Virus record (IMG/VR): IMGVR_UViG_3300017754_001974
Coordinates: 1 to 63,684 of that record
DNA from: a virus
Taxonomy: Duplodnaviria; Caudoviricetes
Reading direction: 5' to 3' (one strand)
Length of the DNA: 63,684 nt
This document shows, piece by piece, positions 10,149 to 18,777 of the stretch. The notes below the pieces were generated by a model, which saw nothing but the letters and a program-made list of their open reading frames with translations, did no database searches and was not told where the DNA came from. The first letter of the stretch is position 1, and every line of letters starts with the position of its first letter. A program made the translations under genes and the position numbers.

Positions 10149-10430
10149 ATGGCTAAGAAAATTTTAAAGAAAGCACAAAAAGGAATGGAGATTCCTGCAG
10201 AAGGATCAGCACCTGTGAAACGAGATTCTTCTATTAAGAAAAAGTATGATTTTTCTGAAACTGAGCAAAACTTTCCAAGTGTGTCAAGAGAAATGAAACC
10301 AAAAATGACTAAGATAAATCAACAAGGATTCATAAAAAATAATGAACCTGGATTTAAAAAATCTCCATATGAAAAAAAACCAGTAACACCACCTATGAAA
10401 AAAGGTGGATCTGTTAAAAAGAAAAAGTAA
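10149..10430 (+). CDS. Small Lys-rich protein with KAQKG and MKKGG motifs
   Basis: 93-aa ORF with A-rich leader; ends PMKKGGSVKKKK. Confidence 0.75.
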   Translation: MAKKILKKAQKGMEIPAEGSAPVKRDSSIKKKYDFSETEQNFPSVSREMKPKMTKINQQGFIKNNEPGFKKSPYEKKPVTPPMKKGGSVKKKK

Positions 10431-10455
10431 TTATAAACAATTAATAATTAATACA

Positions 10456-10605
10456 ATGGCAACTAAGACAACTAAAAAAATGGCTCCAACAAAAGGACCA
10501 ATGAAAATGAAAGAAAAAGAATCAATGATGACACCTATGAAAAAAGGTGGTGCATCAATGCCAGCTTATAAAAAAGGTGGTTCAATGAAAAAAGGTAAAT
10601 GTTAA
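10456..10605 (+). CDS. Small Met/Lys-rich protein with tandem [MY]KKGG motifs (49 aa)
   Basis: ATG at 10456: MATKTTKKMAPTKGPMKMKEKESMMTPMKKGGASMPAYKKGGSMKKGKC*. Confidence 0.75.
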   Translation: MATKTTKKMAPTKGPMKMKEKESMMTPMKKGGASMPAYKKGGSMKKGKC

Positions 10606-10608
10606 TAC

Positions 10609-11313
10609 ATGAACGTAGCAACTATACAGATTAAAGTTAAGGAAAGACTTAACAAGTTATCTTCTAATGATTATGACAATATTGAATGTTGGCAGATTGT
10701 AGAAGCTTTTAATAAAGCTCAACTACAATGGGTGCGTAGACAACTTCATGGTTTTAATCAATTCAAGGAAGGTGATGAACAATCTAAACGTAGAGTTGAT
10801 GACTTACAAATACTATTAACAGACTTTCCTTTAAGTCTAAGTAACAGTCAATTGTTTTTTGAATCAACAATTTGGCCTTCAAACTATTTAGAATTTAAAA
10901 AGGTAAGTGCTTATGCAATGGATGATTGTTGTCCTGATCCAAGAAGGTTGATGGTCTATCTAACTGAAGAAGCTAATGTTGATCTTCATTTAACTGACAA
11001 AAATAGAATGCCTAGTTATGAATGGGGAGAAACGTTTAATACTTTAGTTGGTAATACAGTAAGGATCTATACAGATCAAAAGTTTATTATTTCAAGTGCT
11101 TCATTAATGTATTATAGAATACCAGTATTTATTGAAATTGCTGGATGTGTAAATCCTTATACAGGTTTAGTATCTGCAGCTAATGTTGATCCTGAGTTTA
11201 AAGATGATATTGTTGAATTATTAATTGATGAAGCAATTGGAATTTTAGCTGCTGATATAGAATCAGTTACACAATATCAGAGATCACAACAAGAAGTAGA
11301 AAAGAATAACTAA
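10609..11313 (+). CDS. Neck ring / head-tail adaptor protein (crAss-like)
   Basis: LNKLSSN, FNKAQ, EQSKRRVDDL, YYRIP and ELLIDEAI segments resemble crAss ring (tail tubular) proteins. Confidence 0.7.
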   Translation: MNVATIQIKVKERLNKLSSNDYDNIECWQIVEAFNKAQLQWVRRQLHGFNQFKEGDEQSKRRVDDLQILLTDFPLSLSNSQLFFESTIWPSNYLEFKKVSAYAMDDCCPDPRRLMVYLTEEANVDLHLTDKNRMPSYEWGETFNTLVGNTVRIYTDQKFIISSASLMYYRIPVFIEIAGCVNPYTGLVSAANVDPEFKDDIVELLIDEAIGILAADIESVTQYQRSQQEVEKNN

Positions 11314-11315
11314 TT

Positions 11316-11759
11316 ATGGAACCAAATAGAGTATTAAAAAGAACAGACTCATCTAATTACTCAGCACCAACTAGTGGTTCATTAGAATCTACTACTGCTG
11401 CTTGTGTAACAGAGTTAATGAATGCAGCAACATCATTTCATAAATTACATCTCAAAGTTCAAGGTATGGGTTCTTATGCTGGACATAAAACTCTAAATGA
11501 ATTATATGATGCTATGCATGGTCACGCAGATAATTTAGCTGAAGGATTTCAAGGTGCTTCTGAAAAGATATTAGAATATAGTGATGTTGCTCCAAGAGTT
11601 CTAAATTCTGTTCAAGATGCTATCTCATATATTAGAGATATTAATCAGATGGTTAATTCATTACAAGCTAAAATGCCTTATAGTGAAATTGTAAATGATC
11701 TTGATACAATTAAAAGTACATTGAATTCAGGAAAATATAAATTATTGTTTTTAAAATAA
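11316..11759 (+). CDS. Ferritin/Dps-like protein
   Basis: HKLHL...SYAGHKTLNELYD...DNLAE..QG and C-terminal KYKL, the Dps/ferritin four-helix-bundle pattern. Confidence 0.75.
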   Translation: MEPNRVLKRTDSSNYSAPTSGSLESTTAACVTELMNAATSFHKLHLKVQGMGSYAGHKTLNELYDAMHGHADNLAEGFQGASEKILEYSDVAPRVLNSVQDAISYIRDINQMVNSLQAKMPYSEIVNDLDTIKSTLNSGKYKLLFLK

Positions 11760-11820
11760 TTTGGAAATAAGAAAAAAAAGAATTAATATATATTATTGTC
11801 TAACTTAAAATTTTTGTAAA

Positions 11821-13008
11821 ATGGCTTATTTTAATCACGCTTTCCAGAAAGTATTTATTGGTACTGCTGGATTCCACAATACAGGTGGAGAAACAACTGC
11901 AGACTTAGCTACACTAGAATATGGTGTCTATGATGCAAAAACTTATGCTACCTATACTACAGGTACGAAACAACCATTTATTATTGCATCAGGTTCAATC
12001 TATGCAAATGATAAAATTGGACCTTTTCATGGAGGTTACAAAGAATCTAATAAATCTAAGGAAATTAATCCTAAGTATATTAATGCATTCTATAAAGTAA
12101 CTGATAAAGTATCTACTCAAGCTGTTACCATTATTGGTAAAACTGATGATGCTTCAACTGATGAATGTGTATGTCCAGAATTTGCTTGCGGGCAAACTTA
12201 TAGATTACGTTTAGATATTAAAGGTTCTCCTGCTTTACGTTTCTTGAATCACCAATTGTATAAAACTGTTGATGCTTACACAGGATGCTGTGCAAATCCT
12301 GCATCTCCTACTAATGTAGATCCAGTTACTGTATTTACAGCATGGGCTACACAAATTGCAAATGATCCTTTCCTTTCTCAATTTGTTGCTCCAGTTGTTA
12401 GATATACACTTGATATTACTGCAGGTTCTCCAACTTGGGTAACTTTAGATACAGTTGCAGAATTTGAAGCTTATTCAGCTGCTACAACTGGAATTGAAGA
12501 TATTTGTGTTGGTTTAGAATTAACTGGTGCTTATGTTGATACGGTATTTGGAGATTGTTCTTTCAGTCCAATGGATCATTTTGAAAAAGAACCAATCCAA
12601 ATTTATGCATCATTTGTAGATGACATTGGTGATCCTTGTCAATACCAAACAGTATGTGTAACACGTTCTGTTTTAGGTAAACAAGGTGAAGGATATGGTG
12701 AAACAGTAATTCGTGATTTGATTCTTTCTGAATCTTATGCTCAAAATTACTTCAATGATGATCCAAGAATTCGTGAGATTACTCAAGGTAATTCAATTTA
12801 CTCAGCAGTAACACGTGCAGCAAAATATACTACTTACTATTTACTTCACAGTGTTCCTCGTTTCAATAATCCATCTGGAACATTTGATAATGATCAGTAT
12901 TTGTTGAAAATTGTTTTACCAACTGGTACTACAGCAACAGCTTTTGAAACAGTAATTGGTCAAGCTTTAACAGCTGCTATCAATCCTGTGGCATTAGAAA
13001 CTTTCTAA
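11821..13008 (+). CDS. Abundant structural protein (auxiliary capsid protein-like)
   Basis: 395 aa, beta-rich, MCP-like codon usage, own leader and strong terminator; GEGYG and terminal YTTYYLLH pattern resembles crAss auxiliary capsid proteins. Confidence 0.6.
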   Translation: MAYFNHAFQKVFIGTAGFHNTGGETTADLATLEYGVYDAKTYATYTTGTKQPFIIASGSIYANDKIGPFHGGYKESNKSKEINPKYINAFYKVTDKVSTQAVTIIGKTDDASTDECVCPEFACGQTYRLRLDIKGSPALRFLNHQLYKTVDAYTGCCANPASPTNVDPVTVFTAWATQIANDPFLSQFVAPVVRYTLDITAGSPTWVTLDTVAEFEAYSAATTGIEDICVGLELTGAYVDTVFGDCSFSPMDHFEKEPIQIYASFVDDIGDPCQYQTVCVTRSVLGKQGEGYGETVIRDLILSESYAQNYFNDDPRIREITQGNSIYSAVTRAAKYTTYYLLHSVPRFNNPSGTFDNDQYLLKIVLPTGTTATAFETVIGQALTAAINPVALETF

Positions 13009-13030
13009 GTGCTACCTTAGACTAAAGAAG

Positions 13031-13064
13031 AGGGAGAGAGAGGAAACTCTCCTCCCTTTTTTTT
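13031..13064 (+). terminator. Rho-independent terminator
   Basis: AGGGAG(A)GAGAG-GAAA-CTCTCCTCCCT hairpin followed by a run of 8 T. Confidence 0.9.
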
Positions 13065-13109
13065 GTTTAATACAATTTTATTTGTAAATTATCTATATAT
13101 ACTTATTCA

Positions 13110-13655
13110 ATGGAACGACACATACTGGGTTTAAACATTCCTGATATACTTAATACATGTGTTATTAAGATAGAAGATGTAAGTGATTATAGTAATTTAC
13201 TAGAAGTGACTTGTCCATTATTACAAATAACTCCTCCAGGATTTACTTTTGCTGTACACTTTCATGATTTACCAGAACTATTTACAAGAGTATATAATGC
13301 TGAGGATTTAGGATTAGGTAGTGCTGGTGATCCATTACCTGATGGAGTTTATGTGATTAGATATAGTGTAGCACCACAAGATGCATTAGGAAATAATAAA
13401 GTATTTATTGAATATAACTATTTAAGAATAGCTTCAATAATGAATTCTTATTATAATGTACTTTGTGCTCTTGAGTTAACTACTTGTGAGCCAGATATTG
13501 ATATCAAAGAAAAATTAAATCAATTAAGATATATCAGAATGCTAATTGATGGTGCAAAATCTAAAGTAGAATATTGTCATTCAATTACAGAAGGTATGGA
13601 TTTATACAATTACGCTTTAAAACTTTTGAATAAATTAGATTGTCAAACCTGTTAA
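13110..13655 (+). CDS. Putative tail collar/hub structural protein
   Basis: 181 aa; LPDGVYVIRYSVAP Ig-like core with a Cys-containing helical C-terminus; first gene of the fibre operon. Confidence 0.55.
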   Translation: MERHILGLNIPDILNTCVIKIEDVSDYSNLLEVTCPLLQITPPGFTFAVHFHDLPELFTRVYNAEDLGLGSAGDPLPDGVYVIRYSVAPQDALGNNKVFIEYNYLRIASIMNSYYNVLCALELTTCEPDIDIKEKLNQLRYIRMLIDGAKSKVEYCHSITEGMDLYNYALKLLNKLDCQTC

Positions 13656-13666
13656 AACCAATAACA

Positions 13667-13858
13667 ATGAGTAAATGTCCTAATTGCGGTAGAGTACTAA
13701 CCTGTGGATGCCAAAAGGCTACAGCACAAAATGGTGCTATTGTATGTAATAGTTGTGTTGCATCTTATAATAATGCTTTAAGATCTAAATCTAGATCAAC
13801 TGTTATTTCAAATGTTTATGCAACAGCTAAAAGATTAGATAATGATGACTCCATCTAA
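13667..13858 (+). CDS. Small Cys-rich protein (63 aa)
   Basis: ATG at 13667 after AAAACCAATAAC leader; CPNC...CGC...CNSC. Confidence 0.7.
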   Translation: MSKCPNCGRVLTCGCQKATAQNGAIVCNSCVASYNNALRSKSRSTVISNVYATAKRLDNDDSI

Positions 13859-14483
13859 AAATACCATAAAGACTAATGCTAAGTTTGCTGATGAGGTATA
13901 CAAATATTTCCTTAATAGGAAACATGGTATTGGATCTTGTTGTGGTGTTGAATTAGATAGATATTATACTAAAAAAGAAAATTGTGATTTAGCGCATAGG
14001 ATCCTAGATGGATATTGTATGCCTGAACCAGTTATACCAGTAGCTCCTGATTGTCCAGTAGAATGTATTGAAGGATCATATGCAACAGCATATTTCAATT
14101 TATTAAGTTTAGCATATCCTATAATAACAGTAGATCCTCCTGCATCAAGTATTAATTTTCAAATTTTTAATATTACTGCATTAACTTTTAATATTGATAA
14201 TAGAAATGTAGTTTATGCATTTTCTGATCCAGCTACTTTAGAACCTTTTATTACAACTGTAAATAATATTTATAGTGCTAATTCAATTCCATTAACATTA
14301 TCGTTTGCTGAATCAATTCCAGGAGCAATTGGTTATGGTTTAGTATTAACTTCAAATGATAAAACTGATGTTTATAATGATTTAGTTTTTAGTATTCAAC
14401 TTATTAATTTAGGTGAGCCAGGAAGTTATTATGATTTGAATTTAGATTCAACAATGAGTGGTGGAGTTATCTCTACTTGTTAA
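13842..14483 (+). CDS. Putative tail-associated protein
   Basis: 213 aa; N-terminal KHGIGSCC segment, PEPVIPVAP linker, beta-rich C-terminal domain. Confidence 0.55.
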   Translation: MMTPSKNTIKTNAKFADEVYKYFLNRKHGIGSCCGVELDRYYTKKENCDLAHRILDGYCMPEPVIPVAPDCPVECIEGSYATAYFNLLSLAYPIITVDPPASSINFQIFNITALTFNIDNRNVVYAFSDPATLEPFITTVNNIYSANSIPLTLSFAESIPGAIGYGLVLTSNDKTDVYNDLVFSIQLINLGEPGSYYDLNLDSTMSGGVISTC

Positions 14484-14515
14484 ATTTTTTGTATATTATT
14501 ATATATCTATAAAGC

Positions 14516-16048
14516 ATGTTACCAACTAAATCAAATCATACAAAAGACGGATGTGTTACAACATCTTCCAATTGTGTTATATGGCAAGGACCAGATCTTA
14601 ATTGTATCAATTTATGTAATGGTGATAGTATTAGCGAAGTAATAGCTAAACTAGCTTTAGAGTTATGTGATTTAATAGAACAAACATCTATTGATGGATT
14701 TAATATTACTTGTTTAAATGCTTTACCTATTCCACTTGATTTTCATGATTTAGTACAATTACTTATTACTAGAATTTGTGCATTAGAAGCAGAAGCTGGA
14801 GGCGGTGGAGGTGGAGAATTTCCTCCTATAAGACCTGATGGGTGTCCGAATTGTACGGTAGATTTACCACCATGTTTACAATATCAAAATCCAGCAACAC
14901 AAAGTTTAGTTACTCAACTTGATTTAAGTGATTATGCTGCTTTAGTAGCTACTGAATTATGTGAAACAATTGCAAAAGTTACAGAACTTCAAGAAACAGT
15001 ACTACAAAATAGTACTGATATTACAAATTTAGATACTAGAGTAACTAATTTAGAAGCAAGTTCTTCTGCAACTCCAACATTACCTAATGTAGATATTAAA
15101 TGTATTAATAATTTATTATCTACACCATTAACAACTGCAGTAGTTGCAATTGCTGATGAGTTATGTGATTTAGAATCATCAATAGGAACTATAACAGAAA
15201 TTCTAAACACTGCATTAACGCAATGTCCAGGACTTGATAGTTCTCCAGCTTTGTCACAACCTGGTGTAATGAGTAGTCTTACAGGATGGACAAGTTCTGC
15301 AAATAGTTTAACTGAAACAATAACCAATCTTTGGTTAACTGTTTGCGATATGAGAGGAGCTATTATGACTATACAAACAAATTGTTGCGGTACATTATGC
15401 TCTTCTATTAATGTAGATTTTAGTGTTACAGTTGATAGTCAAATAAATCTTCTTTTAACTGGAATTATTCCAACAAGTTTTACTGAATGTAATCCCTTAG
15501 GAACTCTTTTTACAATTATTGGAGAAGGTTTTAGTGGAAGTATAGGTAGATTTAATGTTCCAAATCTTATTGGTAATCCTTTTGGAATTAATATTCCTGC
15601 AGGATTAAATGTTAATGCAGATTTTACTGTATCAGCAAATCTTTGTTTACAAGATGTAAGCGGTTCACAATGCGAATCTACATTAACTTATGTTTACAAA
15701 TCAACAATAGCTTGCCCTGTATTAACATTAACTCCTGGAGATACTACAATCGGATATTCATTTCCAAATATAGTAGGAAATCCAATTTATTATAATATTG
15801 AGTTATTAAATTCAAGTGGTACTAGTGTAATACAAACTCAGTTAAGAGCTAATCCAACAATTGGTCCAGTAACTGGTTCATTTACAGGTTTACTATTAGC
15901 AACAACATATCAAGTTAGAATTAAATATAGTTCTGATAATATGACATACTTACGTTGTCCACTTAATAGTACATCAACTACAACTCCTAGTTGTACACAA
16001 ATTGATTTATTATCTACAGTAGCAACTATTGAAATAACCCCAACATAA
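14516..16048 (+). CDS. Cys-rich tail fibre with coiled coil and C-terminal FN3-like domain
   Basis: CVIWQGPDL.C N-terminal module, heptad segment (ITNLDTRVTNLE), FTGLLLATTYQVRI FN3 signature. Confidence 0.7.
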   Translation: MLPTKSNHTKDGCVTTSSNCVIWQGPDLNCINLCNGDSISEVIAKLALELCDLIEQTSIDGFNITCLNALPIPLDFHDLVQLLITRICALEAEAGGGGGGEFPPIRPDGCPNCTVDLPPCLQYQNPATQSLVTQLDLSDYAALVATELCETIAKVTELQETVLQNSTDITNLDTRVTNLEASSSATPTLPNVDIKCINNLLSTPLTTAVVAIADELCDLESSIGTITEILNTALTQCPGLDSSPALSQPGVMSSLTGWTSSANSLTETITNLWLTVCDMRGAIMTIQTNCCGTLCSSINVDFSVTVDSQINLLLTGIIPTSFTECNPLGTLFTIIGEGFSGSIGRFNVPNLIGNPFGINIPAGLNVNADFTVSANLCLQDVSGSQCESTLTYVYKSTIACPVLTLTPGDTTIGYSFPNIVGNPIYYNIELLNSSGTSVIQTQLRANPTIGPVTGSFTGLLLATTYQVRIKYSSDNMTYLRCPLNSTSTTTPSCTQIDLLSTVATIEITPT

Positions 16049-16057
16049 TATTAAGAT

Positions 16058-17563
16058 ATGGCCTGTGATCATTCTCAACCATGCGGTTGTAACCAAGACG
16101 AACTAACAACACTTCCAGATCCATGTGATACCACACCTTGTATAGATGGGGAACCATGTGATGAGATTATTGATTGTAATTGTGTTAGATATAGTGGTGC
16201 ACCTATTCCTCAGTTTAATGTTGAAACAGGTGATTCCTTATGTGATATTATTACTGATCTTATAGGATTAGGAGGAATACCAGGTGCAAGTGCTTATAAT
16301 ATAGCAGTTGCAGATGGATTTGTAGGAACTGAAGAAGAATGGTTAGAATCATTAGTTGGACAACAAGGAACTGCAGGATTAAAAGGAGATAAAGGAGATG
16401 ATGGGGAACCTGGAGGTCAAGGTGAAAGAGGTTTTACTGGTGATCAAGGTCTCTCAGGATTATCTGGTTTTTTACCACAAGATGATACAGGTTGGCATAA
16501 CTTAGAAGGATTTGCTTACTATCAAGGTCCAGCTACTTCTATAATACCACAAGCTAGAAGAATTAATAGAAATATATATTTTAGAGGAAATGTCGTTATT
16601 CCTATTTCATCTACTGGTACATCAGCAGGTAGTGTTGATCAGTTAACACTAGTACCTCTAAATGTCATAGCTAATGGTACAAATGGAAAATATTATGAAA
16701 GTACTCCATATTGCCATACATATGGTTATAAAACCACAGGAACTCATGCGTCAGATACAACAGGTATGTGTTATCTAAATTATGATGGAGCTATTACATT
16801 TAATGCTGAAAAATCAGTAATACCTTTAGCAGTTTTACCTGCAGATATGATAATTGATAAATCTTGGTCATCAAATTGGACACCTATAGCAAGAAGGATT
16901 TATACAACTCCAAATGAAGATACTGATCATGGTTCAGTAAGTTTAACTGCTTTTGTAACTATAATTATGAGTACTGAAGGTAAGTTAACTTTACAATGTG
17001 TTAGAGATATTGAAAATAATAATCCTGTTGCAACTTATGGTTTAAAATCATCTTTATTTAGATCTTTTTCTAGTGTAATTACAGCAGGTCAAAACATTCA
17101 AGAATATAAATTTTCTGGAACTGGTGCTACTGGTAATTGGATAGGTGGTAATGAAACAACAAGTGAACAATATCCATTTACTATAGATGCAACTTGGCAT
17201 ACTGATTTAGGTGGTTTTATATTTAAATTAGATGATATAGTTTTAACACTACCACCAGTAGTATTAGCAACAATAACTCCTCTTACAACAGGAGCAATAA
17301 CTTCTACATCTATTACAATGAATGCTAATATAGCTAGTGCTGGTAATGGTGATATAATATATAAAGGATTCTGTTATTCAAAAACACAAAATCCTCCAAC
17401 TGTAAATAATTATTATGTTTTAAATACAAGTCCTGGCTTATCAATAAGCAATACAGTACTTACACCATTAACACCAGATACTACATATTATATCAGATCA
17501 TTTGTTGTAAATCAAGCTGGTATTGTTTATGGAACACTATATACATTATCAACACCAGCATAA
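16058..17563 (+). CDS. Tail fibre with collagen-like repeat and FN3-like domain
   Basis: CVRYSG module paralogous to the previous gene, GASAY.IAV..GF.GTEEEWLESL.G motif, Gly-X-Y run (about 16358-16470), LTPDTTYYIRSFVVN FN3 signature. Confidence 0.8.
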   Translation: MACDHSQPCGCNQDELTTLPDPCDTTPCIDGEPCDEIIDCNCVRYSGAPIPQFNVETGDSLCDIITDLIGLGGIPGASAYNIAVADGFVGTEEEWLESLVGQQGTAGLKGDKGDDGEPGGQGERGFTGDQGLSGLSGFLPQDDTGWHNLEGFAYYQGPATSIIPQARRINRNIYFRGNVVIPISSTGTSAGSVDQLTLVPLNVIANGTNGKYYESTPYCHTYGYKTTGTHASDTTGMCYLNYDGAITFNAEKSVIPLAVLPADMIIDKSWSSNWTPIARRIYTTPNEDTDHGSVSLTAFVTIIMSTEGKLTLQCVRDIENNNPVATYGLKSSLFRSFSSVITAGQNIQEYKFSGTGATGNWIGGNETTSEQYPFTIDATWHTDLGGFIFKLDDIVLTLPPVVLATITPLTTGAITSTSITMNANIASAGNGDIIYKGFCYSKTQNPPTVNNYYVLNTSPGLSISNTVLTPLTPDTTYYIRSFVVNQAGIVYGTLYTLSTPA

Positions 17564-17587
17564 CAATAAAAACTAAAAATAAAAACT

Positions 17588-18670
17588 ATGTTAGTAGAAT
17601 TAACAGTAAATTGGGCATATGCATCTACTCCTGTAGATCCTTTTCCTACAAGAGTGTATTGGAGATTAAAAGGTAGTACTAATTATTCTTTACAAAATGT
17701 AGCAAATGGTACAACCACTACTATTACAACAATAAATAATACATCATCTACACTCAGTACAGCATGTGATTTAGAATATGAAGGATATGTTATTCCTGAA
17801 TGTTATATAGATGATCCAACAAATTGTGATCCGTATTTAGCAGATGGGATTACAGTAAATCCAGCATGTCCAACTACTAATAGATCTTATTGGACAGCTA
17901 CTATTGATGCAACAGACTTACAAGCTTGTAGAGGTGTTGAAGTATCTTGTGAAAGTTGTGGTGTATATGCCATACATGCTGTAGATCCAGAATTAATGTT
18001 TGCACAAACATATACTATTGATGGTTTTCCTATTATAGAAATATCAGATGAAGGTACGGGTACTGGTTTTTCAGCCATTGCACGTTTAGATGCTTATGAT
18101 GATTTTACATGCCAAATTATTAAAGATTGTTGGACAATTACTCAAGGTAATAGTTATACTACAACTCCTACAATAAAAATAGCTGCATCAGATGATGGTA
18201 TAGAAATACCTATGATAGTTACAATGGCTTGTAATGATTTTACATATGAAGATTGTAAATCTGGTACTCAATTAAGTGGACAAGTATTATTAGGAGAATC
18301 ACGAACAGTATGTATGCCAGAATTTAAGTATAGTTCTTTTACACCTACAGCTGATAATTCAGTTTTTGAAAAAAGTTTAAATGGTTGTTGTACAGGTAAT
18401 GGTAAAAAGTATACACTGACTTTTACTAGTCCTGATCCTGTAGCATATCCTACAGTTGATTATACATATCTTGGTGCAGTTGTAAATGGTTCAGCACAAA
18501 CAGAAAATACATTATATCATGGAGTACCATATACAACAAGTAATTGTATTGTAATTGGTAGTATAAAAGCCTTTACTCCTTCTCCAGAAGTAGCATGTCA
18601 AACAGAATCAGAAATTAATATATGGTTATTTAATAATCATGTGTTAATAACTCCTGGAGCAGATTGTTAA
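17588..18670 (+). CDS. Cys/Thr-rich beta protein, putative fibre/receptor-binding component
   Basis: 360 aa; last gene of the fibre operon; GTGTGFSAIA...ITQGNSYTTTPTIKI resembles phage fibre beta repeats. Confidence 0.55.
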   Translation: MLVELTVNWAYASTPVDPFPTRVYWRLKGSTNYSLQNVANGTTTTITTINNTSSTLSTACDLEYEGYVIPECYIDDPTNCDPYLADGITVNPACPTTNRSYWTATIDATDLQACRGVEVSCESCGVYAIHAVDPELMFAQTYTIDGFPIIEISDEGTGTGFSAIARLDAYDDFTCQIIKDCWTITQGNSYTTTPTIKIAASDDGIEIPMIVTMACNDFTYEDCKSGTQLSGQVLLGESRTVCMPEFKYSSFTPTADNSVFEKSLNGCCTGNGKKYTLTFTSPDPVAYPTVDYTYLGAVVNGSAQTENTLYHGVPYTTSNCIVIGSIKAFTPSPEVACQTESEINIWLFNNHVLITPGADC

Positions 18671-18674
18671 AATA

Positions 18675-18704
18675 AGATTACGTTTTATTGGTTTTTCGTA
18701 ATCT
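18675..18704 (+). other. Stem-loop with 8-bp perfect stem and 14-nt loop (candidate regulatory RNA element)
   Basis: AGATTACG-TTTTATTGGTTTTT-CGTAATCT immediately before a terminator. Confidence 0.6.
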
Positions 18705-18706
18705 AT

Positions 18707-18738
18707 GAAACCCTGGCTTATGCTGGGGTTTCTTTTTT
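18707..18738 (+). terminator. Rho-independent terminator
   Basis: GAAACCCTGGC-TTAT-GCTGGGGTTTC (two G:U pairs) followed by 6 T. Confidence 0.88.
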
Positions 18739-18750
18739 AAATAAAAACTA

Positions 18751-18758
18751 TATATTTG
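18751..18758 (+). promoter_or_regulatory. Bacteroidota sigma-A -7 element (TAnnTTTG)
   Basis: TATATTTG 20 nt upstream of ATG 18778, just after a terminator. Confidence 0.55.
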
Positions 18759-18777
18759 TTTAACCAAATTCTTTAAA

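Noticed and set aside
8426-13666. Track starts at 8426, 10405 and 13640
   Set aside because: They are non-ATG starts overlapping upstream genes; ATGs at 8468, 10456 and 13667 have proper A-rich leaders.
16358-16470. Collagen Gly-X-Y repeat as a novelty
   Set aside because: Common in phage fibres; recorded under the CDS.
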